Source of the DNA: Candidatus Brocadiia bacterium
Lineage (GTDB): Bacteria > Planctomycetota > Brocadiia > SM23-32
NCBI GenBank assembly: GCA_046538485.1
Contig: JBKHIT010000003.1
Location: 32,001-96,000, forward strand
Direction: 5' to 3'
Length of the DNA stretch: 64,000 nt
Part shown: one piece after another, positions 50,312 through 59,380 of the stretch
Layout of the letters: every line of letters starts with the position of its first letter
How positions within the stretch are numbered: position 1 is the first letter of the stretch
The notes under the pieces: model-generated
Database searches by the model: none
What the model was told of the DNA's origin: nothing
The model's input: the letters and a program-made list of their open reading frames with translations, nothing else
Position numbers and translations under genes: made by a program

Positions 50312-50339
50312 ATTATACTGATTTTGCCAAAAGCGTCAA
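50312..50339 (-). promoter_or_regulatory. Sigma70-type promoter for the large-paralogue operon
   Basis: Minus strand reads TTGACG-16 bp-TATAAT. Confidence 0.6.
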
Positions 50340-50740
50340 ATCTTTTTTCTCGACAGCTATTTGCGTTGAGCAGGAATACTGGCGGAGGTGCAAGAGGGGA
50401 TAGGCCGAAAAAGTTTTACCCCAGAATCCGGCTCTGAGAGCCGCTGTTAAAAGACCCCGTTTTTCACACCATCGGCTTTAGTGTTCGCCCGGCATCGTTA
50501 GGAATCGGTGACAATCCAAAGCCAATCCCCGGTTATCAAAGAGTGCAACGACCTACAGCGCATATTCTTCTCTTGGGTTTTCTTTTCTTGACACGTTATA
50601 TGTTACGTTTAAAATGAAAGTTGGTACGGAGTGGTGGTGATTCGCCACTGGCAAAAGAAGTCCTATCGATTTTTGCTTGGATCTTGTTTGGTTTTTGAAC
50701 TGCTTTTGTGGTGGCAAACTTTGGTTTAAGGAGGTTTCTG

Positions 50741-51319
50741 ATGAGAAAAGTGGCAATTGTGGTTTCGGTGCTGGTGATGTTTATCGCATCCTGTCGTTCA
50801 CCCGAGCAGGCGACGCCTGAAGTTGTGAAACCGAAGAGCTCTTTTGAGGGCAAGACTTATTACACCAATGTCAATATCTGGTACGAGGGTGGAAGGGAAG
50901 ACGAGATACGCTCGACGAATTATCACCGGGGCAAAATTCTCCCGGCAGGCACCCCGGTGGCGATACAAGAGGTGAATACCGACGGTATACTCTTTGAACT
51001 GAAGGAATCCGGGGCAGAGTTGAAGTTGGATTACGTCCCGCGGCACACAGTGCTGTCAGTCAGCGAGTACTTTAAGCGAATGTTCAGCGAAAAGAATGTG
51101 CTCAAGGAAAAAGATTTTACGAAGGAAGAAATGGAGGCCATCGAGGCCGGAGAAGTCAGGCCCGGGATGAGCAAGGAAGCGGTCATTGTTGCTTACGGTT
51201 ATCCACCGTCCCACGAAACACCCGCCCTCAGTGCAAACACATGGCATTATTGGATTAGCCGTTGGAACCGACGTGTGGTGGAATTCAAAGACGGTAAAGT
51301 TGTCGAAACCAAAAAGTGA
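50741..51319 (+). CDS. Lipoprotein with C-terminal SmpA/OmlA(BamE)-like fold
   Basis: SD AAGGAGG, lipobox IASC, GMSKEAVIVAYGYP..WHYW..VEFKDGKV. Confidence 0.75.
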   Translation: MRKVAIVVSVLVMFIASCRSPEQATPEVVKPKSSFEGKTYYTNVNIWYEGGREDEIRSTNYHRGKILPAGTPVAIQEVNTDGILFELKESGAELKLDYVPRHTVLSVSEYFKRMFSEKNVLKEKDFTKEEMEAIEAGEVRPGMSKEAVIVAYGYPPSHETPALSANTWHYWISRWNRRVVEFKDGKVVETKK

Positions 51320-51464
51320 TGGGCCTGTGATCTTCCAACTCGCAGCATTTGCCAAAGCAGGCGGATGAACTGAATTAACAGTTGGTTCGCCTGCTTCTAA
51401 CGCTTTCCCCTGTAAATCTGGGGGGAAAGTGTGCTTACTGGCCCATCGGCTGCAGAGGGAAAGC

Positions 51465-52481
51465 ATGATTCAAATTGATGGCTCGCACCTTGAAGGGGGA
51501 GGGCAAATCCTTCGGACGGCTGTGGGTCTTGCGGCGCTCACCACAACTACGTGCCGAATCCATAGTATCCGCAAAGGACGAAATCGTCCCGGACTTCGCG
51601 CGCAGCATCTTCATGGGGTCAAGGCGATTGCCAAAATCTGCCACGCGACAGTTGAGGGTGCTGAGGTTGGTGCGCGGGAGATTGTTTTCCGGCCAAGCCG
51701 ACTCGATCCGCCCAAAGAAATCGAGGTCGATGTCGAAACGGCGGGAGCCGTGACACTTGTGATGCAGGGGTTGCTCATCCCTCTCGCCCGTACCGAAGGA
51801 CAGTCGGTTGTTGAACTTCGGGGCGGTACACACGTCAAATGGTCACCAGTTGCCGAATACTTGCAGCATGTTTTTGCTCCGTTCATGCGCAAGATGGGAC
51901 TCAATATAGACGTGGAATTGCAGCAATATGGGTTTTACCCGAAGGGCAGCGGTTCGCTGCGCGTAAATATAGGTCCCGGCTTGTTGAGCCCCGTCGATTG
52001 GACGGATTGCGAGCGAATAGACCGCGTTGATGTCTGGAGCGTTGCCACGGACAATTTGGAAGGCGCGCGCGTGGCAGAACGACAGGTTGAAGGAACCGGC
52101 ATCAGTTTTGACGATATCCATGTCAACTATGTTTCTGCGCTCTCAGCGGGCACTTCCATTTTTATCCGCGGACGAGGAGAGGGCATTATAGCTGGGGCTT
52201 CGGAACTCGGGCAGCGAGGCGTGCCCGCTGAAAAAGTCGGTCGCTCCTGTGCGAAAAAATTCGAGACCCAACGCCGCTCCGGAGAGTGCGTGGATAAGTA
52301 TATGGCGGATCAGATCTTGCCCTACCTGGCGCTGGCCGCAGGTGAGAGCCGAATTCGAGTCGCCGAGATCACCAATCATTGCCGAACGAACATATGGGTG
52401 ACGGAAAAGTTCCTGCCGGTCCGGTTCTTTGTGGACGAACAAAAGCGCATTATCAGCTGTCAGAATAATCGGAGGATATGA
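51465..52481 (+). CDS. rtcA: RNA 3'-terminal phosphate cyclase
   Basis: IDGSHLEGGGQILR, RPGLRAQH, GGTHVKWSP, GFYPKGSG, ADQ, catalytic His in NHCRTN. Confidence 0.93.
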   Translation: MIQIDGSHLEGGGQILRTAVGLAALTTTTCRIHSIRKGRNRPGLRAQHLHGVKAIAKICHATVEGAEVGAREIVFRPSRLDPPKEIEVDVETAGAVTLVMQGLLIPLARTEGQSVVELRGGTHVKWSPVAEYLQHVFAPFMRKMGLNIDVELQQYGFYPKGSGSLRVNIGPGLLSPVDWTDCERIDRVDVWSVATDNLEGARVAERQVEGTGISFDDIHVNYVSALSAGTSIFIRGRGEGIIAGASELGQRGVPAEKVGRSCAKKFETQRRSGECVDKYMADQILPYLALAAGESRIRVAEITNHCRTNIWVTEKFLPVRFFVDEQKRIISCQNNRRI

Positions 52482-52693
52482 GCGGCGGTACGAAGATTCT
52501 TCTCCCCGGTTGCGCGGTTTCCGAGACGCCGACTGTTGCCACTTTTACAACTTTGTGTCTTTCGTTAAAATGCGCTTTGAATCATGGAGCGCAAGGTGTG
52601 AGATTTCGTTAGCTCGGCTGCAAATAGAGCGGGCTGGTACGAGGAAATTTTTAAAACTTCTTTGCTCTTTTTTCCTGGAAAGGAAGGACACCC

Positions 52694-54019
52694 ATGAGTG
52701 AATTCTTCCCTGAAGTGAAAGATTCTGTGCCGTATGAGGGACCTGAGACGGACAATCCTCTTGCATTCCGCTGGTATGAGGCGGACCGCAAAGTGGGCGA
52801 CAAAACCATGGCCGAACACCTGAAGTTTGCTATCGCCTACTGGCATACGATGAAGGGCGACGGTTCGGATCCATTCGGCGGAGCGGTCTATGACCGTGCC
52901 TGGAATAAAGGCGCTGATGAGATGGAAATCGCCGAAAAAACCCAGGACGCCATCTTTGAATTCTGTCAGAAGATAGGCGTTGATTACTACTGTTTCCATG
53001 ATCGCGATATCGCACCGGCCGGCGATACAATTGAAGAAACCAATGCGAATCTTCAACATATGGTCGACCGGGCTCAAAAACTGCAGGAAGAGACGGGCGT
53101 CCAGCTTCTGTGGGGCACCGCCTGCCTCTTCGATCACCCCCGCTACAGCCACGGCGCCGCTACGAACCCCGATCCCAATGTTTTTGCCTATGCGGCCAGC
53201 CAGGTGCGACGGGCGATCGATGCGACCGTCCAGCTCGGCGGTGACGGATACGTTTTCTGGGGCGGACGCGAAGGTTACACGACGCTTCTGAACACCGATA
53301 TGAAACGCGAGCGTGAGCAGATGGCTCGCATGCTTCACATGGCCGTGGATTACGGTCGAAGCAACGGGTTCGACGGCGTGTTCCTGATTGAACCCAAACC
53401 CAAGGAACCGACCACCCATCAATATGACTTTGACGTTGCGACGTGCCTGGAATTCCTCCATGAATTCGATCTTCTGGACGAGTTCAAGATGAACGTGGAG
53501 GCGAATCACGCTACGCTCGCGGGTCATACTTACTGGCACGATCTCGCCACGGCGTCAAATTCCGGTCACCTGGGAAGCATGGACGTGAACCGCGGTAACC
53601 CGATTCTGGGCTGGGATACCGACCAGTTTCCGACCAACCTCTACAGCGCAACCCATGCCATGCTGGTTGTTCTGGAACAGGGTGGTCTGGACGGTGGTAT
53701 GAACTTTGACGCGAAAGTCCGCCGGGGTTCATTCGATACCGAAGATCTGTTCCACGCCCACATCGGAGGCATGGATGCTTTTGCCAGAGCACTGCTTGTA
53801 GCCAACAAGATCCGGGAAGACGGCGTGCTGGATGATTTCATCCAGGACCGGTACTCCGGATATGAGAGCGCCATCGGGAAACAAATCCTCAACGGCGAGA
53901 CCAGTCTGCCGGAACTCGAAGAATACGCCATCCAGAACGGCGAACCCGAACTCATCAGTGGTCGTCAGGAGATGCTCGAGAATATCCTGAACGATTATCT
54001 GCTGCGAGGAGATCTCTGA
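52694..54019 (+). CDS. xylA: Xylose isomerase (class II)
   Basis: AYWHT, FHDRD, FWGGREGY, IEPKPKEPT.HQYDFD, EANHATLAGH, GWDTDQFP, NFDAKVRR. Confidence 0.97.
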   Translation: MSEFFPEVKDSVPYEGPETDNPLAFRWYEADRKVGDKTMAEHLKFAIAYWHTMKGDGSDPFGGAVYDRAWNKGADEMEIAEKTQDAIFEFCQKIGVDYYCFHDRDIAPAGDTIEETNANLQHMVDRAQKLQEETGVQLLWGTACLFDHPRYSHGAATNPDPNVFAYAASQVRRAIDATVQLGGDGYVFWGGREGYTTLLNTDMKREREQMARMLHMAVDYGRSNGFDGVFLIEPKPKEPTTHQYDFDVATCLEFLHEFDLLDEFKMNVEANHATLAGHTYWHDLATASNSGHLGSMDVNRGNPILGWDTDQFPTNLYSATHAMLVVLEQGGLDGGMNFDAKVRRGSFDTEDLFHAHIGGMDAFARALLVANKIREDGVLDDFIQDRYSGYESAIGKQILNGETSLPELEEYAIQNGEPELISGRQEMLENILNDYLLRGDL

Positions 54020-54095
54020 TTCATCTCCGAAGGGAGTGCCAGCGAGCTCAATATGGAAGCGCCGGATTGGGTTCCGGGCGTTCAAAAATCCATAG

Positions 54096-54135
54096 ACCGC
54101 CCCGATAGTTTCAAAACGTCGGGGCGGTTTTTCTT
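54096..54135 (+). terminator. Intrinsic terminator after xylA
   Basis: accgccccga...tcggggcggt 10-bp stem followed by a T-tract. Confidence 0.8.
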
Positions 54136-54325
54136 CTCTGCTGCCATTCCGGATAATGATGACGGAAAACTGGAGACTCCCTTTGCACGCCGCTTGTTTA
54201 CTGGATACCGTTGAAAGCGCTTCTACAGCAAAAAATCCGGGCTGGGAGGCGTTGTAACGTTCAGTATGACAGGTATGCTGCTCGCAAGGGTTGGTGTGAA
54301 GCAAAAGAAACAGACAACCGAACGA

Positions 54326-54637
54326 GCCCCTGAAAGGGGCGATTGAGAGCGTAGCCCCCGGCGACTCTGCGTAGCGGGGGAACCGGGGGTTGGCGGGTGC
54401 CAGCGAACCCGCGCCCCGCGAGGCGGCTGAGCGCGGAAAATGTCAAGTTGCCATTTTGTTGCGCCATCTCCCGTTCGTTATCCGTTCACCAGAAACCAGC
54501 AACCAACAACCAGCAACCAGTTCCCTCTCAAGCGCCCCTTTGGGACGCAATCCATTTTTTCGCACCCTAAGGCCCCGAACTCCGGCGGCTGAGGCCGCCT
54601 TCGCACGGGGCTACACTCTCAGACGGCCTTTCGGGCC
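54326..54637. repeat. REP-like inverted pair (family C) enclosing a heptamer tandem repeat
   Basis: gcccctgaaaggggcgattgagagcgtagcccccg versus the reverse complement of 54606-54637 (ggcccgaaaggccgtctgagagtgtagccccg); ccagcaa-type units at 54489-54520. Confidence 0.65.
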
Positions 54638-54917
54638 GCTTGCATTGCCGTTCATTTTGGACTGTGGCGGGCGCGGGTTGCGCCGGACTACCAGGGACGA
54701 GCTATGCGGATGCAGATAAGTTGCACAAAAACTTGCGCACTTTCCCGCGGGAAATTTCTACGGAGGGCGCCGCTATGTCGTTATCTTTTTGCCGTTTGTC
54801 TTGCGTCGTTTTGTGGTGGACCTCCAGCCCACTTTTTTCTCAATGCACACTGTATCCCAGGGCTCCGACGACCTCCAGCCGTCTGCACCCCGGGCTGGTA
54901 TATGCTGTCCTTTCAGG

Positions 54918-55135
54918 GCGTATGCATTCAGCGTGCCCTACATCACAGCCGTCCATGCTCACAATGTCATTGCGAGGCGCTCTTCGCAGTGGGACGCCGC
55001 GCCAATCTCGCTGCTGGGCTGAAAAAACGACGAGCCTCCTCCGCGCGAGGCTACGGAGCCCAGCAGGATTGCTTCGCCCATCTTACGATGGACTCTCAAT
55101 GACACCTGAAGCTGCATCTCCGAGCTAAACAAGCA
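54918..55135 (+). repeat. Repeat family B, copy 3 (with an extra internal hairpin insert)
   Basis: cgtatgcattcag...acaatgtcattgcgaggcg...gattgcttcgcccatcttacgatgg...caatgac. Confidence 0.85.
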
Positions 55136-55251
55136 CACCGCTGCAGCGGTCCGTTGCGTCGGGAAACGCTCGAGAGCTGTAGATCCGCATCGCCGGGGCG
55201 GACCTGCCGTTTGTCGTTCGGCTGTTTTGCCGCGAGAGCTGTTGGTTTATA

Positions 55252-55298
55252 GTCCGCGTTCTGAACTCCGGCCTGCGGCTGAAGTCCAGCCCGCTCAT
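55252..55298 (+). repeat. Dispersed short repeat family A, copy 3
   Basis: gtccgcgttctgaactccggcctgcggctgaagtccagcccgctcat. Confidence 0.85.
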
Positions 55299-55854
55299 GT
55301 GTCACGCAAGCGGAGACGAAATCCGGGTCCAACGACACCATATTATGCCCACAACCAGTTCGTCTTGAGGTTCTCCTGGGATCCGCGCGCCCCTTAAACC
55401 GTCCCCGAAAGACTACAAAACTCTTTTCAGCGCCTGACCCGTGCAGGAGTCTTCGCAGTCGCGGATCTATTCCGGAGTTCCGGCAGCAACCACGGTTCCT
55501 CCGCCGCGTGGCGTACGTCCGTGTCGGGCACGGGTTCCGGGTCGCTGACAGGATCCGGCGCCCCCTGGCCCCTTCAAATCCTCTTTTTTTACCCATATAT
55601 AGATAATATTAATCATTGTATATAAATATTTAGGCAGTACTGGCTATTCGCGGAGTGTCAAGTTTCGCATCCTTGAAAAGTGCGGGTTCGGGGAGGGAGG
55701 TGAGTTTCGAATCATCTTTGAACAAAGAAATAAAGCGATTTAATTGCGGCACATGGTCCGGTAAAATGCGTAAGAGGACAGATTTTCCCGGCCTGTCGAC
55801 AGGGCGTGTTGTTGTCGTGCAGCCCATCCTGTCCCTTTTCCAGGAGAGAGACAG

Positions 55855-56637
55855 ATGAGAGATGCGAAGCGCCAGGGTACGGTTGTTTCGAAACGTTACG
55901 AACTCTGTCATGTGGCGTCTCGCGCGTTCAAACGGGATGGGTTTACTTTGATCGAGCTGCTTGTGGTTATTGCGATCATTGCGATTCTGGCTGCGATGCT
56001 GATGCCGGCTCTGGAGCGCGCCCGCGATGCTGCCCGGACCACCGTCTGCCTGAACAATGAGAAGCAGATATTTCTGGCATTTACCTTTTATGTGGACGGG
56101 CACAATGGTTTTTTGCCGCGGGCGGATACCACACTCTGGGGGGCGCCGCCGAGCGGGAACTGGAAGTGGGGGGGAATCATGGCCGACGAACTTGATCCAG
56201 CGGTTCGGCGCAACAAACATGGCAATTACATGGTTGTGACCCGTCCTCATTTCCGAGGTAACGGTTACCTGTCATGTCCCGCTGTCCCCGATCCAGATCC
56301 GGCCTGGAATACGTTCGAGTATTGCGATTACGGGATGAACTACTGGGGCATCGGCGGTTGCGATACTTTTGTCCCGGCGCCGCACACGGCGTATGTCAAA
56401 TTCTCCGATGTACGCTATCCCACCCGTCAAATCGGATTCGGGGACGGCTGGTGCAATATGTACGATCATCCGGGGTGGTATGCCTATCACCCCCAGTATC
56501 AGTCGGTGGCTTTTCCTCACCGGGATATGACAAATGCATTGTTTTGCGATGGACATGCAGAATCGAGAGACCGGTCCATAATTCAGCCTCCCTACACCAG
56601 CGACAAATTCGGCGGCGCGCCGTGGGGGAATCCTTGA
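55855..56637 (+). CDS. Prepilin-type N-terminal cleavage / H-X9-DG (DUF1559-like) protein
   Basis: [35 protein letters not shown]-terminal [13 protein letters not shown]. Confidence 0.92.
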   Translation: MRDAKRQGTVVSKRYELCHVASRAFKRDGFTLIELLVVIAIIAILAAMLMPALERARDAARTTVCLNNEKQIFLAFTFYVDGHNGFLPRADTTLWGAPPSGNWKWGGIMADELDPAVRRNKHGNYMVVTRPHFRGNGYLSCPAVPDPDPAWNTFEYCDYGMNYWGIGGCDTFVPAPHTAYVKFSDVRYPTRQIGFGDGWCNMYDHPGWYAYHPQYQSVAFPHRDMTNALFCDGHAESRDRSIIQPPYTSDKFGGAPWGNP

Positions 56638-56854
56638 GCGTCGGCTGTTGACGAGGGGGCTGGCGTGCTGATTCAGCGGCCACGCCGAGCGGGGGGCGGA
56701 AAAACTGGAAAGGAGACTGCCAGGCGAAAAGGGCCGAATATACGTTGAGTTTTTCAGGGCAAGTTTTTCTGTCAGAATGGCACCTTAAATCAGGTTATCT
56801 TCTGAATGCTTAAAAGTGCCGTTTTTTTTTACTGTGAGGTCAACCTGAGAGGGC

Positions 56855-56884
56855 AAAAAAAGAGCCTGCCAGTATGACAGGCTC
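56855..56884 (-). terminator. Intrinsic terminator downstream of the dksA-like gene
   Basis: gagcctg...caggctc stem with A7 on its left (U-tract on the minus strand). Confidence 0.7.
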
Positions 56885-56941
56885 GAATGGGTAAAGAAGA
56901 AAATTCAGGTTGCGGGAAACGGATCAGCGGAAAACGGGACA

Positions 56942-57430
56942 TCAATACAACTCGCTTGTTTCCATCTCACGCGACAACTGGTTCACGTCCGGAGTTTGAT
57001 CCACACTTTTCTCGACACCGACATCAGCTTCGGCGCCTTTGCCCGACGTTGCTGATTGGATGGGAGCTCCCTCGCGGCCCCGTTCGTGGGCTTCCTTGCA
57101 GGTGAGGCAAAGCGTGGCGAACGGACGTGCTTTCAGCCTGCGCTTGGCGATCTTTTCACCGCAACGCTGGCAAACTCCATACTCTCCCTCCTTGAGCAGG
57201 CGAAGAGCCTCCTCGATCTCGTCAATTTTTGTCGAGTCCGACTCTGCGATCCGGGCGGCCAGATCGTCTATTTCACTCTCTGATGCCATATCCATGAATT
57301 CTGTTGGATCATGAGCGGAAACGGATCTGGCGCGTTCCAGTCTATCCTGCAGGGCATGCAGGAGATCCTGTTCCATCGCAGTGAGCTGGTTTTCTAACCT
57401 TTTATTGTATTTTTTCTTTTTAGGGGTCAT
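56942..57430 (-). CDS. TraR/DksA-family C4 zinc-finger regulator
   Basis: Coiled coil with acidic tip (EFMDMAS), YGVCQRCGEKIAKRRLKARPFATLCLTC; SD GGAGG before ATG 57430. Confidence 0.9.
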   Translation of the reverse strand: MTPKKKKYNKRLENQLTAMEQDLLHALQDRLERARSVSAHDPTEFMDMASESEIDDLAARIAESDSTKIDEIEEALRLLKEGEYGVCQRCGEKIAKRRLKARPFATLCLTCKEAHERGREGAPIQSATSGKGAEADVGVEKSVDQTPDVNQLSREMETSELY

Positions 57431-57460
57431 CTTTAGGCCTCCTTTTTTCTCTTTATGTTC

Positions 57461-57476
57461 CGCAAAAAACATGCCG
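57461..57476 (-). promoter_or_regulatory. Sigma54 (-24/-12) promoter candidate
   Basis: Minus strand CGGCATGTTTTTTGCG has GG-N10-GC spacing, about 30 bp upstream of the start codon. Confidence 0.6.
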
Positions 57477-58174
57477 AACTGAGCCAGAATGCCAATTCAT
57501 CCCAATTTTGCAGGTCGAAATGCTATTATTCTGTTTTCGTCGTTAACTCATATTGTTAGTGGCCTGCCAGGCCAAAAAGTTCAAAACAGCCTTTGTTGTC
57601 CGTTCCACCAAAAACGGTAAGAACAGTTTTTGGCGGTTCGAGAAGCGGCCGTTGATGATTTTAGCTTTTTTTCAATTAAACGGAGATGCGTGACGAATCC
57701 TGCGCAAAAAGCTGACAAAGCAGATACGGTGCTGGCGACGCTCCCGGAGGGTGAATCCTTTCTTTTGAGCCGAAGTACACCCTGTGCTAATGAGAAATGT
57801 CGAAAAACTGCATCTAAGTCGCTCTCATCCATATCGTTATAACAATTATGCCGTTGGATTCATGAAATATCCGGGTTAGTCGGTCTGTTTCAGGCTTTAA
57901 CCCCTTTATTTTTCAGGAAGAATAAACCAAAACAGAGCACAGCAGATTCGGTGGCTCCGAAAAAAGATGCCATTCGGAGTTTTTCAATGCTGCATCTGTA
58001 TAGCTGGTTTCGGACGTCTTTGGACTGTACGAAAACGCAACAGTCAGTTAAAAATTCCCCCATTACCCCCTGTATTTGCGGTTTTCCATTGCACGCGCGC
58101 CGGCGGACCCCATAATGTAGGCATTGATGTATTTATTTATCCAAATATGAACCGCTCGCTGGAGAATTTGAATT

Positions 58175-59338
58175 ATGCCCGTGAAAAGCCGACACATGCC
58201 TGTCAACCAGCTGACATCACCACCTGGTCACCATTTTTTCGGCTACTACGATAAGTTTCCGTGGGATGAGACCGGACGGTACGTGCTTTCCTTGAAGACT
58301 GAATTCATAGATCGTCCTCCGTCCGCTGAAGACCGGGCAATTATCGGACTCATTGACACCGAACGGGACAACGAATGGATTCCAGTTACACATACTCACG
58401 CCTGGAACTGGCAACAGGGGGCGATGTTACAGTGGTTGCCTGGAGGTAACGGACGTGAAGTTGTTTACAATGCCCGCCGGGACGATGAATTCGTGGGCGT
58501 GATTCACGATACGGCCTCTGGGGAACGAAAAATCCTCCCGCGACCGATCTATGCCCTGAGCCGGGACGGGAAATGGGCGGTATCGGTGAATTTTTCCCGG
58601 ATTCATGTCTGTCGCCCGGGCTACGGGTACGCGGGAGTCCCGGATCCATGGGCCGAAGAGGCTGCGCCTGCCGAGGACGGAATTTATCTGATGAATATGG
58701 AGACGGGGGAGCACAGATTTGTTATTTCAATCGAGCAAATGGCATCGCGCGATCCAAGACCCGGAATGGACAATGCTAAACATTATTTCAATCACCTGCA
58801 ATTCAATAGCGATGGATCCCGATTTCTGTTTCTTCACCGCTGGAGAAAAGAGGAGGGTCGGGAGACGCGACTTTATACAGCTTCGCCGGGAGGCAGCGAC
58901 ATCTATTGTGTGGCCGACGAGGGAATGGTGAGTCATTTCGACTGGCGAGATGATAAGCATATACTGGCATGGGCTCGTCAGAAGGAACATGGCGATGCAT
59001 TTTACCTTTTCCATGATCAGACCACTGAGAAGGAAGTTATCGGGCGGGAAACGCTTACATGTGACGGACATTGTAGTTATTCGCCGGATCGCGCGTGGAT
59101 TTTGACCGACAGTTATCCGGACAAAGAACGAATGCGGGCCTTGATGCTATACGATCCTGATCGTGATCTCCGGGTCGATATAGGAAGGTTCTATGCCCCT
59201 CCGGAGCTCGATGGTGAAATACGTTGTGACCTGCACCCGCGATGGAACCGTGATGGAACGAAAATATGCTTCGATAGTGTTCACGAGGATCACCGACAAC
59301 TCTACGTAACCGATGTGAGTCAAGTTATCAGAGAATAG
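58175..59338 (+). CDS. TolB-like / oligogalacturonate-lyase-like beta-propeller protein
   Basis: FFGYYDKFPW, AWNWQQG, NH..FNSDG.RFLFLHRW, DGHCSYSPD, RCDLHPRW. Confidence 0.7.
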   Translation: MPVKSRHMPVNQLTSPPGHHFFGYYDKFPWDETGRYVLSLKTEFIDRPPSAEDRAIIGLIDTERDNEWIPVTHTHAWNWQQGAMLQWLPGGNGREVVYNARRDDEFVGVIHDTASGERKILPRPIYALSRDGKWAVSVNFSRIHVCRPGYGYAGVPDPWAEEAAPAEDGIYLMNMETGEHRFVISIEQMASRDPRPGMDNAKHYFNHLQFNSDGSRFLFLHRWRKEEGRETRLYTASPGGSDIYCVADEGMVSHFDWRDDKHILAWARQKEHGDAFYLFHDQTTEKEVIGRETLTCDGHCSYSPDRAWILTDSYPDKERMRALMLYDPDRDLRVDIGRFYAPPELDGEIRCDLHPRWNRDGTKICFDSVHEDHRQLYVTDVSQVIRE

Positions 59339-59380
59339 TTCAGTTTTCTGCGAGTCAAAAGGATGGAACAAAGGAGGGCC

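Noticed and set aside
52540..52580. XylR operator upstream of xylA
   Set aside because: AT-rich but not convincingly palindromic.
37161..55298. Repeats considered as a CRISPR array
   Set aside because: Copies are dispersed, in mixed orientation, without regular spacers, and there are no cas genes.
55345..55400. Possible decayed N-terminus of a REP-associated tyrosine transposase (PQPVRLEV)
   Set aside because: Needs frameshifts, the match is very short, and no HUH motif follows.
54262..56881. 12-bp direct repeat cagtatgacagg at 54262 and 56870 as att or target sites around the DUF1559-like gene
   Set aside because: No integrase or transposase, and one copy is part of a terminator hairpin; compatible with chance.
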